NCBI RefSeq assembly: GCF_009914755.1
Contig: NC_060925.1
From: the human T2T-CHM13v2.0 reference genome, Homo sapiens
Reading direction: 5' to 3' (one strand)
DNA: 64,000 bases
A model generated the notes under the pieces. The model did no database searches. It was not told where the DNA came from and was given only the letters and a program-made list of their open reading frames with translations. Below are positions 1 through 13,336 of the stretch, one piece after another (the first letter of the stretch is position 1; the number at the start of each line of letters is the position of its first letter). The translations under genes and the position numbers were made by a program.

Positions 1-445
1 CCATGGAGCTGCTCAAGAAATGTGTATTCTAGATGCCAGGAAGAATGTTCTTTGGTCCTTGGAGGCAGTAAATCTAGCTGGGAGGGCAGGGTCATTTCAT
101 GACTAAAGTTTCTTTATCAAGAATAGAATATATACTTTTAAAAACAAAATCTAATAAGTTTTTGAGAATAATCTCATGTTTGTCATTCCTAAAATTAAAT
201 ATTGAAAGGATTTCATTGCTATGTTTGACTCAAATACAATTTCAATACTTTTCTATATTTCATTTTTAAGTGTAATTCTATAACACAATTAAAGTGAGAT
301 TGATATTTTTTCAACAATCTCCAAAATGTGTCCCTAAATCCCCTAAAGTTTTCTCCGGTGTGCTTTACAAATACTATCATTTTGTGGTGTGTTACATTGT
401 AGAAAATTTGCAAAACACTATCTTGTTACTTCACTTTTCAACTTC

Positions 446-590
446 TTTTTTTATTTTTATTTTTTATTATACTTTAAGTTCTGGGGTACATGTGCAGAAC
501 ATGCAGTTTTGTTACATAGGTATACATGTGCCATGGTGGTTTGCTGCACACATCAACCCGTCATCTACATTAGGTATTTCTCTTAACGCT
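446..590 (-). mobile_element. L1PA (L1PA7-like) 3' end, heavily 5'-truncated
   Basis: T-rich tail followed by ttattatactttaagttctggggtacatgtgcag...taggtatttctc, the reverse complement of the primate L1 3' terminus. Confidence 0.9.
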
Positions 591-999
591 TCTGAACTTC
601 CTGTTTAATGTTCAACCTTCCATAACTAGTCATTCATAATCATTACTCGGTTACAAAATAATTTGAGGTCGTCAGTAATTTTCTGGTTATCAAAGCTAGT
701 GGATGGTGCTAGATATACTATATAATATAATTTCTCTTAACCTTTTAGCACAATCTACTACTGTAGCCTTAAAAAAAATCAGTTTTTACTTTTGTGGCAC
801 CATTTTAACTCCTAATTTCCTTGTAATTTTTTTCCAGCTCCGCTGTAGATTTATTTTCCTTAATCTGCTCAAGGGATGCTGTATTCTCCACAATTTCCTT
901 TCTGTTATCTTTGTTGGTACACACCCATCTTTAAAAATCACCTACGTACTGATGATTTGACATTCTTTTTCTCCAATTCAAAATTTTCTTGAGTTCCAA

Positions 1000-1870
1000 A
1001 TATGTGAAAGGTGATTTTTAAAAACACATATTTACCTGTGTTCCTGTAGGGTACCACCAGCTCAAAATTCCAAAAGTAAATTTGCCATATTTTTCTGACT
1101 AAATGTTCTTCTATTTTATTTCCTCTGCCAGTCAAACCAAAACCATGGGTTTCTCTTTGACTTTTTATCTCCTTTACACTTGATATTCAAGTTAATCTGT
1201 TTGTAAATTCTACTGCTTTACTATTAATAAATCCTTTCAATCTCCTACAAAATGATCCCTTTATTTTTTTTCAAGCAATTATTTCTTCCTATTAATCTCA
1301 GAGCCTCAAGGTCTGTTTGTCATACTGCTGCTAAAATGTTCTTTATAAAACTCAAAATTCTTCTTGTAACTGTTGTAGTGATTTTTCGTGAAATCCTTAT
1401 TCCTCATATCCAACTTTTGAAACATAATATGTGAAGCCATTTATAGACTAATGATTTTCAAACTCATTAATCTCTTATACAGATGATTTATCCTCAAAGT
1501 TTGTGTCTTAGCTATGTGAAACTTATTGAAGATAAACAAGTTTGTAATAGTCTCTGATGTCTCCGAGTTCTCACTCAGCCTGGAATGACCTTAGTGATTA
1601 ATCCTCCCTCTCAGGTTTATATCATTATCTCCTGTGCTATAAAATGGTTCAAAGTCATCTCTTGTGACTTGTGGAAATAGAGGCTTTGATATCTACACAA
1701 ACCTTCTTCTTTGTTTCTAGTAGTTTCCTGATCATTCCACATTACAAATGTCTATATCCTCCTTAGTTTCTTGAAGACAAGAACTTTGAAATTTCATGTA
1801 AGTATTCTTACTGGGAGTATATGGCATAAAATATAATAGTGATTGAAGTATAATGTATCTAAAAATGAAA
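1000..1870 (+). mobile_element. Highly decayed L2 LINE fragments
   Basis: Weak resemblance to L2 3' region motifs (catactgctgctaaaatgttctttataaaactcaaa; tttcttgaagacaagaact); boundaries approximate. Confidence 0.4.
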
Positions 1871-2750
1871 GAAGATACTATATTTCTGCTAAAGTCAGGT
1901 ATATTACTTTGTAAGTTTGGTTTTTGTTGATGTTCTCACTGTTTTGCTTTTGTCATCATCTTATTGTCTTATGTCACTACAGCAAAAAAGCTACCTCTTA
2001 AAGAATAATAAAACACAAATGTATTAGAATATGATTTAAGATACAATTAAAGATATAATACCTTTAAATTATGGAGTTTTTAGATTTTATTTGTACACAT
2101 CACTAATTTTACATTTCATCCAGTGACGTGTTAAATTTTTTAAACTTGGGTTAAATGTGGTAATCATTCTAAATAACACACTTTAAATTTTACAGCTCTA
2201 AGGAAATATAGAAATTCTGAAGTTTTAATAGTTATTTAAAATATCTCAAATAAACAGCATATACTTACAAATGCTAATTGCAGAAGAGGAAAATAAGCAG
2301 CTGACTCTACTGAAAAGAATTAGCAACAATGAGACATATAATCTGCACATTTCTTCGTACATATTGTGTCTGGGAAAATGCTTATAAAGCTATTTTACTT
2401 TATTAAATATTTTAGTGTGTAATGAATTATTGTCATGTAGCCTTGATTTCCTTATAATACAGAATTTAATAATAACTATTAATAATACATCATTGAGATA
2501 ACAGAGTTAGTTTCTCATTAGATTATTGATGCTAAACATGTAAAATTTAAATAACAGAATTCAAATAATTAAATAAATGTGACATTTTAATAGCATCTTA
2601 TTGTTAATAATAATGAAGAAAAATAAACACTTCTTAGTGTTTGATAAGGACTGTATCAGTTTAAAAAAAGAAAAAATGCATGTGATTAATGTCTATTGTA
2701 CAATGACTTGTATTCTCAATTCTAAATCACCAGCTGAATTTCCTTAATAG

Positions 2751-2936
<186 letters not shown>

Positions 2937-3379
2937 GTTTTTAATATCAATATTAGGAATGAGTGACACTGAAATGCACATTTGACCCTTTGAGCTCTCT
3001 GAAGGTAAAAGCAACGGATATGAAAATTTTGTAAATATTGTTTGTTTTGACAATGGATTTGAGTGTCAGACTTGAAAAGGGACTATCTGTGTTCTGTTAT
3101 GGTGTGTGTAAGTATTTAGATTATGAATTTATATATACACATATATTTGACCTCTTTTATTTTAATTAAGTGATATATTGTTGAAGATGAATGTATCTGA
3201 TATATCCATTTAAGTTTTGTGTGGAGTTAATTCATCTTTACCAAATATTAATTAATTAATAAAGGTATTCAGGTTCAGTGGATGAAAGTCAGCCAGAACA
3301 TATTGCCAGAACCACTAGAAGCTTAAACATTTAGAACAGTTTGACTAAAGATAGATATACTTTACTTTCTTTTATAATT

Positions 3380-4800
3380 CTTTAATTTATATCAAAGTAA
3401 TAGATGTGCATGATTCAACAGTCAAATGATCCAAAAAAACTTATAATGAGAAGTAATAAACCCATACCTGGCATATCTTTATCCTCAGCTCACATACACC
3501 AGATGGATCTGCTTCTGACTATTCAGTATTTCTAAAGAATATGCTTGTTGTTATATATTCATTTAAATGTTTTAAAAATGCTTTTAGTTGTCTTGATATG
3601 ATAGAGGACTTCCAGGCTCCCTCTTCCTCAACATTACAGAAATATTAAAAATTATCCATAATCATCCCTGCATATGACAATAATGTTCATAAACCTGGAT
3701 TTCTTTTTATATCATACATAGAATGTTACTACTAGAAGATATTTTAGAACACTCACCCTTTGCTTTACTACTCCTAGTTATTTAATTCTCTTCCTTTGTC
3801 TCCTCTATATCTGCTTTTTTTGCCCTTGCTTTATAATTATCATGTAAATGTTGTTCACTTCAGAACAAGACTCATTGTGAAATGTTTTCCTATAATTGTC
3901 CACATTTAAAAATCTTTATGTCATACAAGGAAGAATGCTTCAAATATTGAATTCAAATGTATTTTCTAGGTTTATACTACACCAGATATTTTCTAATATT
4001 TCTATCGTTACAGCTAGTCACAATTTTCCCCCATACAATCGCTTTCATAATATTCCACTCATCTAATCAAATTCAGATTCACTGATCTCCAGATGACCTA
4101 CGCAGATATTTTTCAGTTTCTTCCCTTTGTCTTTCTTCTGTGCTTGATCTACTATATTGAAAACAATTTTATTCTCTTTCTTGTTATATCGTCAACTTTT
4201 CCTGGAGTACACTTTCAAGTAAGTTTTAAGAAATTGTACTTGGAACATAACTTTACAAGCCCTTCATTGTCTGAAAATGTCTGCTGTATTTTTATATGCT
4301 CTTTGATATTTTGGCATGGAATGTAATTCTAAGTTTAAAAATAATTTTCTCTTGACACACTGAAGGTGATATTGTTTTCTAGCATCCTGTCTTGATGAAC
4401 GGTCAGATTGCAATTTGATTATTGTTCTTTTGTAATAAACATTTAGAAATATGTGTGTGCATGCCTGTGCCCTTGCATGTGGCTAACATCTATCTTCAGT
4501 CTAGTGAATTTTCATAATGATATATTCAGGTATGCTATTGTCTTTAATTAGTTATATTAGGCTCTCAGCATAACTTTTCAAACTAAAGACAGGTTTTGGA
4601 ATTTTCTTCTGTTTTTCACAATTTCATTCATTTCCAGTTTTTTTCCACACTTCTCCAAAGATGGTTATTAGATTATATAGGTATCAGCTAAATTTCTGTT
4701 TACTATTTTTCTCTGTACTTTCAAAACATTTTCTACATGATTTCTTCAGCTTATATTTTAACATTTAATTTATTGAATTTTGATATTTTTCAGAAACAGT
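3380..4800 (-). mobile_element. Ancient L1M/HAL1-like fragment
   Basis: Old L1ME-type 3' end near 3385 and ORF1-type antisense sequence (gtctgaaaatgtc...ttctaagtttaaaaataattttctc) near 4270-4450. Confidence 0.45.
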
Positions 4801-4814
4801 CAAGACATTTTCTA

Positions 4815-6322
4815 TTTTATTAGTATAATTTTTAATTGACACATGATAATTACACAAGTTTATGGAGTACAGTGTGATATTCCAATACAGGTGTACAATG
4901 TGTAACAATCAAATCAGGGTAATTAGCATATCCATTACCTCAGAGGCTTATCATTTCTTTGTATTAGAAACATTCCAAATTCTCTGTTCTAGCTATTTAA
5001 AAACGCATAATACAGTGTTATTAACTATACTCACCCAACAGTGCTAGAGAACACTAGAACTTATTCCTATTTATAATTTTCTATCTGTTAACAAAATTCT
5101 CCAACCCCCATGCTCCCACATTTGCCAGCCTTGAGTAACCACTCTTCTGCTCTTACTTCTATGGGATCAACATTTTTAGCTTCTAGAAATGAGTTAGAAC
5201 ACATGATATTTACCTTTCTGTAATTGACTTATTTCACTTAATATAATGTCCTCCAGGCTCATGAAGTTGTCACAAGTGACAAGATTTAATTCCATTTTTT
5301 GGCTGGACAGTAGTCCGTTGTGTGTGTGTATATATATGTATCACATTTTTAATTTATTCATCTATTTATGGACACTTAGCTTGAATCCATATCTTGGCTA
5401 TTGTGAACAGTGCTGCAATTAACATGGGAGTGCTGATATTGCATCAATATACTGATTTTCTTTCCTTTGAGTATACACCAAGCTGTGAGATTGCCGAATC
5501 ATATGGTAGTTCTGTTTTTCATTTTTTGAGGAAACTCCATACTGTTTTCCATAAAGGTTGTACTAATTTACATTCCTTCTAACAGTGTATAAGAGTTCCC
5601 CTTTATCCACATCCTCATAAGCATTTGCTATTTTGTTTTCTTTTTGCTAACAGACATTCTAACAGGGGTATGAATATATCTGATCCTGGTTCCCTGATAA
5701 TTAGTGATGCTGAGCTTTTTTAATATACACTTGGCCATTTGTATGTCTTCTCTTGAGGAATGTCTATTCTGATCTTTTGCCCATTTCAAAATCAAATTAT
5801 GTGTGTGTGTATGTGTGTGTGTGTGTGTGTTTTGCTTTTGAGTTGAGTTTCTTGTGTCATCTGAATATTAGTCCTTTGTCAGATGAATAGTTTACAAATA
5901 TTTTCTTCCATTCTGCAATTCTCTCTTCACTCTGTTATTTCTTTTTCCTGGCAGAAGCTTTCTAGTTCGATGTAGTCTCATTTGCCTCTTTGGTTTTGTT
6001 GCCTGTGCTTTTGAGGTTTTATTCATGCAAACTTTATTTAGATCAATGTCCTAAAGTGCTCCTCCTGTTTATTTTTTAGTAGTTTTATAGTTTCTTGTCT
6101 TACATTTAAGTCTTTAGTGCAGTTTGACTTGATTTTTGTATATAGTGAGAGATAGGAGTCAAGCTTTATTCTTTTGCATATGGATATTTAGGTTTCCCAG
6201 TATCAATTATTGAAGAGACTGTGCTTTCCAAATTTGATATTCTTGGCTTCTTTCTCAAAAATAAGTAGACTGAAAATACATGAATTTATTTCTGAGTTAT
6301 CTTTTCTGTTCCACTGGTCTAC
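4815..6322 (-). mobile_element. L1MA 3' portion (3'UTR plus ORF2 C-terminus) with internal (TG)n
   Basis: ttttaattgacac...atggagtacagtgtgatattccaatac...aatcagggtaattagcatatcc L1MA 3' end, continuing into antisense ORF2. Confidence 0.85.
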
Positions 6323-6529
6323 AAACTGGCCCCCTATAGGAATATAAAGTGTATCCTTCTGAAAGCAAACGTAACTATTATATAATTCTGTGTGCAATTG
6401 AAGCAGAATCAAATGACATACAGCACAGATGCTAACAGGTAAAACAATACTAGTGGGATATTTTAAACCACAAAATATACCCCAACAGACATAAAATTCT
6501 GGTGTTAAAATAATTCTGTGAACTATTCA

Positions 6530-6896
6530 ACAAGAGTTCAATATAAAATAAATATTGTTAATTTTAAGCACTGTATTCTAAGCACATCTCTCAAACTTAT
6601 TCATATTGTGTAGGTGAAATTTTATACCCATCGAACAACAACTTTACATTTCCATCTGACCCCCTCCACCCCACTCCTGGTAATCACCATTACATTTGGT
6701 GTTCATTGTTCCTACCACACACACACAAAAAAAGTTTGAGTGGAGAAACAAACTTTTGAAGGTAATGAATATGTTTATCTTCTTTATTGTGTTAATGGTT
6801 CCACTGGTGTATTCATATATTCTAACCCAACAAATTATATACATGATATGTGCAATTTTTTGTATGTAAATTACACTTTAGTAAGGCAGATAAAAA
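6530..6896 (+). mobile_element. L1MA10/L1MB-type 3' end with inverted 5' segment
   Basis: About 6530-6696 is antisense L1 3'UTR; about 6697-6896 is the sense continuation ending ...tgtatgtaaattacactttagtaaggcagataaaaa. Confidence 0.7.
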
Positions 6897-7249
6897 GTTT
6901 GTGTGTGTGTGCTTGTGTGTGTGTATTTATAAAGAGAGAGAGAGAAGATAGAAAGAGATGCTCTAAAATGAACAATTATAAATTTTCAAACTGAAAAAAA
7001 GACACCACTTTTATATAATTGGTACACATGGCCTCTTTCCTAAAATTTATTCTGTGTTAGACCAGAAAGAAAATTTCCATAATGGTATTGAAAAATTAGG
7101 CACAAATAAAATCTAATTTTATTTTCATTCACCTGTCTAATCTAACTACATTAGATGATCTTGTTACATATTCCATAATATTTTTTCAAAAGATTTCCAC
7201 AGATTATACTTCCCTTTCATTTTAATTAATTGAGGTCCATCTTTTGCAA

Positions 7250-7375
7250 ATGACTATTGGCTCCATGAAGGTAGAGATCACGTATTTTGTTGATCGTTTC
7301 TTCCCAGGATGTAGCATAGCCTGGCAAAATATAGAACAAAAATCATATTTTCAAGTGAATATATGAGTAATAAAG
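7250..7375 (+). mobile_element. L2 3' end
   Basis: gctccatgaaggtagagatc...tagcatagcctggcaaaatatag...gtgaatatatgagtaa. Confidence 0.55.
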
Positions 7376-8053
7376 AAAATAAAGGCAAATTTTATTAATA
7401 TAGTATTTACAAATTTAGCAGAAAAACACAAAAGAGACAATCATCAGTTAATCTCAACTAATGAAGAATTACAGAGATTACAAAAGTTGAGGAAACGAAG
7501 ATAAAATTTGTATTGTGAGATATAAAAAAATAGAAAATAACAATAGCCATAATAGAAAATTAATATGGGAATATATTTATACATTAATATGTTAATATAT
7601 TTAGAAACACACAATCATTTAAAAAGCACATATTACTGAAATGATTTTAAAAATATATAATAAAGGGAAACCAAAATCCTAAAAGGGGTTTCAAAAAATA
7701 TTAATGTGTTACAGCCTGATTACTACTGTACTTTCCAAAATAACAAGACCATTAAATATTATACAGGTTATTATAAAAATAGTTATACTCAATTATTTTG
7801 TAGGTGAATACTTGTAAGCCCTTGGTGGATGTATGACTGTCACATTTAAATTATTAGAGCTTGATGAAAGGATATCTCAATTTTTATAAGAAAAAATACC
7901 AATGTATTCAAAATAAATTTATAGATTAAGCTTATATTTAAATATTAATTCAACAACACAAAATATTAGCAAATAATAATCATCACTATGTTAAATAATA
8001 ATATACCATGACCGCAGACCACATATGGGTACTTTAAGAATATAAGCAGTCTG

Positions 8054-8331
8054 GGCCAGGTGTGGTGGCTCATGCCTATAATTCCAGCACTTTGGGAGGC
8101 CGAGGCAGGAGGATCACAAGGTCAGGAGATCGAGACCATCCTGGCTAACACGGTGAAACCCCGTCTCTACCAAAAATACAAAGATTAGCCAGGTGTGGTG
8201 GCGGGAGCCTGTAGTCCCAGCTACTCAGGAGACTGAGGCAGGAGAATGGCGTGAACCTGGGAGGTGGAGCTTGCAGCAAGCTGAGATCGCGCCATTGCAC
8301 TCCAGACTGGGTGACAGAGCGAGACTCTTTC

Positions 8332-8378
<47 letters not shown>
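8054..8378 (+). mobile_element. AluY, full length, with 44-nt pure poly(A)
   Basis: gagatcgagaccatcctggctaacacggtg and gagaatggcgtgaacc diagnostics; TSD aagaatata(a/t)gcagt(c/t)tg at 8036-8053 and 8377-8394. Confidence 0.95.
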
Positions 8379-8380
<2 letters not shown>

Positions 8381-10054
8381 ATATATGCAGTTTGATATTA
8401 AAAATATTGTTATTTTTATTCTTTTTAGTGGTCGGTTGAATAGGCTAAATAATGCTAAATATTTTCCATAAGCTTTTAAAATTTAGAATAGCTTTAAATT
8501 TTAAATGTCTAAAATGTTTAATTAAGTCTGCAAACCAGAGAAAGCTTCTGTACAGATTAGTTCAACAAGGTATTAAACCTAGCACTCATTAGTTAGTATT
8601 CCATGGTGTATATGTACCACATTTTCTTTATCCAGTCTACTATTGATGGGCATTTAAGTTGATCTCACATTTTTGCTATTGTGATTCATGCCACAATGAA
8701 CATCTGCATGCATATGTCTTTATGATAGAATGTTTTAAATTCCTTTGTGTATATACCTGGTAATGAGATTGCTCTGTTGCATGGTAGTTCTGTTTTCAGG
8801 TCTTACAGGAATTGCCACACTGCTATCCACAATATTTTAAATAATTTACACACCTGCCAACAGCATGTAAGGTGTTTCTTTTTCTCCACAACCTTGCCAG
8901 AATCTATTATTTTTGACTTCTTAATAATAGCTATTCTGACTGGTGTGAAATGGTATCTCAATAAAGTTTTGATTTGTATTTCTCTAACTATCAGCAATAT
9001 TGAACTTTTTTTCATATGATTGTTGGATGCATATTTTTCTTCTAAGAAGTGTCTGTTCACGTCCTTTCCCCACTTGTTAATGAGGTTGTTGTCATCTTGT
9101 AAATTTGTTTAAGTTCCTTATGAATGATAGATATTAGACCTTTGTCAGATGCATAGTTTGCAAAAGTTTGCTCCCATTCTGTGGTTGTGTGTTTAATCTA
9201 TTGATAGTTTCTTTAGCCGTGTAGAAGCTCTTTAATTAGATCCCATTTGTCAAAGTTTGCTTTTGCCAGAATTGCTTCTGGCATCTTCATCATGAAATAT
9301 TTGCTCATTCCTGTGTCCATAATATTACTTCGGTTGACTTCTAGGATTTTTATAGTTTGTGGTTTTACATTTAAGTTTTTAATTGAGTTGATTTTTTTAT
9401 GGTGTAAGGAAGGGGTCTAGTTTCAATCTTCTGCATATGGCTAGCCAGTTATCTCAGCACCAATTATTGAATAGGGAGCCCTTTCCTCATTGCTTGTTTT
9501 TTATCAGCTCTGTTGAAGATCAGATAGTTGTAGCTGTGTGGTCTTATTTTTGGGTTTTCTATTATGTTCCATTGGACTATGTGTCTGTTTTTGTACCAGT
9601 ACTATGATGTTTTGGTTACTGCAGCCATGTAGGACAGTTGGAAATAGGGTAGCACGATGGCTTCAGCTTTGTTCTATTTATTTAGGACTCCCTTGGCTCT
9701 TCAGGCTCTTTTTTGGTTCCATATGAATTTCAAAATAGTTTTTTTTCTAGTTCTTGTTCAAATGTCATTGGTAGTTTGATAGGAACAGCATTGGATGTAT
9801 AAACACTTTGTACAGTATGACCATTTTAATTATGTTGATTTTTCCTATCCGTGAGCACGGGATATTTTTTTCCATTTGTTTGTGTCATCTCCGATTTTTT
9901 TAAGCAGTCTTTTGTAGTTGTTCTGGTAGAGATCTTTCACCTCCCTGGTTAGCTGTCTTCCTACATAATTTATTCTTATTGTGGCAGTTGTGAATGGTAT
10001 CGCATTCCTGATTTGGCAATAGCTTCACTGTTGTTGGATGTATAGGAATACTAG

Positions 10055-11729
10055 TGATGTGCCAGCAATGCCCCATCTGGAGCGGCCCCTGTGAGGACGC
10101 TGGCTGCAGCAGAGGAGCCAGTGCTCCCAGGCACAGCTGCAACTGCTCAGCTATGGCTCCAGACCTCGGCATCCCTGCACTCTAGGGGGCCCAGGAAGCT
10201 CCTTGCCTCCGCACGATTGAAAGTGGCTGCTCTTGCTTCCTGGCCTCTCCCTGCTCCTGGTGCCGGCTCTGGGGTGAAGCAAAGTTGTGGCTGACCCTGG
10301 GCACTGTCACGACTTGGCTGGGTGTGTGCATGCTTGGGGCAGTGCTGACACATGAGCCCCCTGCCACCCTAGTCCCTTCCGAACTTTGAGCTCCAATGAG
10401 CATGGGAGGGAGCCTGAAGGGGGGCTGAGGGTGGCTCAACGTGGGCCTGCAGGTGCCCCTCAGCATGAACAGCTTTGGCGCTGTGGCTGGCATGTTAATG
10501 GCGATGGAGGCAAACAGGCTCCTGGGCACAAAGGGGCAGGTCCCAGGTGAAACCCCACCTTCAAGCCAGGGATGGCCTGAAGCCTGGGGCCAGGCTGTCA
10601 GTTCCAGGTGAAGTCTGTGGCCCGGAGTGAGAACTTATGGTGCTTATCATCACCCATGGACCAATCAGCATGCACTTCCTCTGTTCTGAGTCCATAACAA
10701 CCCCAGATTCAGCCAGACTCAGAAAGACATCAGGACTACCAGCCGTGGGAAGGAGCTATGCACTTTGGATCTCTTCCACTTGTCAGGATGAACTGCCTGC
10801 AGAAAGGGGCTACCCACTACGGGGTAGCCCCTACAACTATCTGATCTTCAACAGAGCTGATTAAAAACAAGCAATGAGGAAAGGGCTCCCTATTCAATAA
10901 TTGGTGCTGCAATAACTGGCTAGCCGTATGCAGAAGATTGAAACTGGACCCCTTCCTTACACCATAAAAAATCAACTCAATTAAATACTACCCTGCTGAG
11001 ACCTGGATGCTCATTGGGATGACCTGTCTGTGGAAAGGAGCTGCCCTCTATGGGTCTCCTGAGAGCTGTTCTGTGTCTCAATAAGCTCCTCTTCACCTTG
11101 CTCACCCTGCAATTTTTTGCATGCCTTATTCTTCTTGGGCACAAGACAAGAACTCAGGACTTGATGAATGGCAGCACTGAAAAAGCTGTAACACAAACAC
11201 TACTGAAATGCTCCACAGCTTGCCACGTGGTGAGTGAAGAGAAAGTGAGAAGATCTGCAGCCTTTTGGGGAGCCCAGACCTAGGGCACAGAGCCAGGGCT
11301 GTGACACCTTCTTTGGAGCTCTGTGGTTCCTGGTATCTCCATTGTTCCAGGTGCCACTTCATTACCCTCATCCAAACACAGGTGCCTGCAACAGAAGCCA
11401 CTTGTGGTATATTTGATCTAGCCGCAGCCTTGCATGGAGCAGGAGCCTGTGCTGGTCCCTGGAGCTGCCTGCTGCGCCACAACAGCCAGTGTGCCTGGCT
11501 GTGTGCAGTGGCCAGAACCCATGCTCACTCACTCACACACCCCTCGCTACTCATGCCTGACTCACCCTTGACAGGTGTGGAATGCAAGCTGGCAGTGCAA
11601 GCAAACCACAGCCTGCCAGGTCGAGAGGGCAGAACAAGCCCAGAAGGCTCAAGCAAAAACTCAGGCAAAGGTGTCACCAGCCACAGACATTTCTAGCAGG
11701 AAAAGTGACACCCTAAATATCCTGAGACA
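10055..11729 (+). mobile_element. MER52-family solo LTR (ERV1)
   Basis: GC-rich, TG...CA ends (tgatgtgccagc...atcctgagaca), 4-bp TSD CTAG at 10051-10054 and 11730-11733, host L1 continuous across it. Confidence 0.88.
10831..10985 (+). repeat. Inverted copy of 9378-9533 (L1 ORF2 piece) inserted in MER52
   Basis: Manual alignment to the reverse complement of 9378-9533: 5 substitutions and 1 indel in about 155 bp. Confidence 0.92.
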
Positions 11730-13308
11730 CTAGTGATTTTTGTGCATTGATTTTATATTGTAAAACTTTGCTGAAGTAGTTTATCAGCTTAGGGAGCTTT
11801 TGTGCCAAGAATATGGGGTTTTCTGGATATGGGATTACATTATCTGCAAAGAGGGATAGTTGGACTTCCTCTCTTCAAATTTAGGTGTCCTTACTTCTGT
11901 CTCTTGACTAATTGCTCTGGCCAGGACTTCCAATATTATGTTAAATAAGAGTGGTGAGAGAGGACATTCTGGTGTTGTACCAGTTTCCAAAAGGAATACT
12001 TCCATATTTCTTTGCCCAGTTAGTATGATGTTGGCTATGGATTTGTCCTAAATGGCTGTTACTATTTTAAAGTATGTTCTTTCAATGCCTAGTTTGTTGA
12101 GGATTTTTAACAGAAAAGGATGTTGAATTGTATCAGAAGAATTTTATGCACCTATTGAGATGCTCATGTGGTTTTGTCTTTAGTTCTGTTTATGTGATGA
12201 ATCACATTTGTTGATTTGTATATGTTGAAACAACCTTGCATCTCAGAGATAAAGCCTACTTGATTGTGGTGGATGAGCTTTTGATGTGCTGCTAGATTCG
12301 CTTTGCCAGTATTTTGTTGAGGATTTTTGCATCAATGTTCATCAAGGGTATTGGCCTGAAGGTCTTTTTTTGGTTTTGTCTTGGCAAGGATTTGGTATCA
12401 GGATAATGCTGGCCAGAGAGGCTATGATTTAAGGAAGAGTCCCTCTTCCTCAATATTTTGGAATAGTTTCAGTAGGAATGGTACCAGTTCTTCTTTGTAC
12501 ATCTTGTAGAATTTGTCTGTGAATCCATTCGGCCCTGAGGTTTTTTTTTTGTTGTTGGTAGGTTTTTTAATCACTGATTCAATTTTGGAGCTTGTCATTG
12601 GTCCATTCTGAAATTCAGTTTCTTCCTGGTTCAATCTTGGGAGGGTGGATGTGTCCAGGAATTCATCCTTTTCTTCTAGATATTCTAGTTTGTGTGTATA
12701 GAGTTGTTTCTATTATTCTCTGTGGGGGTTACATATAGTTCTGTGGGGGTCAGTGGTAATAAGGTCTTTGTCATTTCTAATTGTGTTTATATTCTCTGCT
12801 CTTCTCTTTTATTTGTCTCTTCTTTTTTATTTGTCTGTCAAGAAGTCTACCTATTTTAGTAATTTTTTCGAAAAGCCAATTCCTGGATTTGTTGAACTTT
12901 TGAATGGATTTTGTGCCTCAATCTCCTTCAGTTCAGCTCTGATTTCGGTAATTTCTTGTCTTCTGCTAGCTTTGGGGTTGGTTTTTTATTGGTTCTCTAG
13001 TTCTTTTAGTTGTAGTGTGAGGTTGTTAAATTGAGATCTTTCTACCTTGTTGATGCAGGCATTTAGAGCTATAAATTTCCCTCTTAACAGTGACTTAGCT
13101 GTGTCCCAGAGATTCTGGTATGTTGTACCTTTATTTTTATTAATTTCATAGAACTTCTTGATTTCTGCTTTAAATTCATTATTTACCCAAAGTCATTCAG
13201 GAGCATGTTATTCAAATTCTATTTAATGGTATGATTTTAAATGGATTTGTCAGTCTTGATTTCTAATTTGATTGTGTTGTGTTCTGAGAGTGGTTGTTAA
13301 GATTTCAG

Positions 13309-13336
13309 TTTTTTTTTTTTTTTTTTTTTTTTTTTT
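13309..13336. repeat. Poly(T)28 expanded inside L1
   Basis: Direct count. Confidence 0.9.

Larger units (their letters stand above)
6330..8035 (+). mobile_element. Very old L1M ORF2 (endonuclease region) remnants, interrupted by other elements
   Basis: A-rich decayed ORF2-like stretches, e.g. aacaatactagtgggatattttaaacc; low similarity. Confidence 0.4.

Noticed and set aside
9900-11696. Cluster of overlapping ORFs in a GC-rich island (possible gene or CpG island)
   Set aside because: Lies almost entirely within the MER52 LTR; CpG-depleted; no recognisable domains
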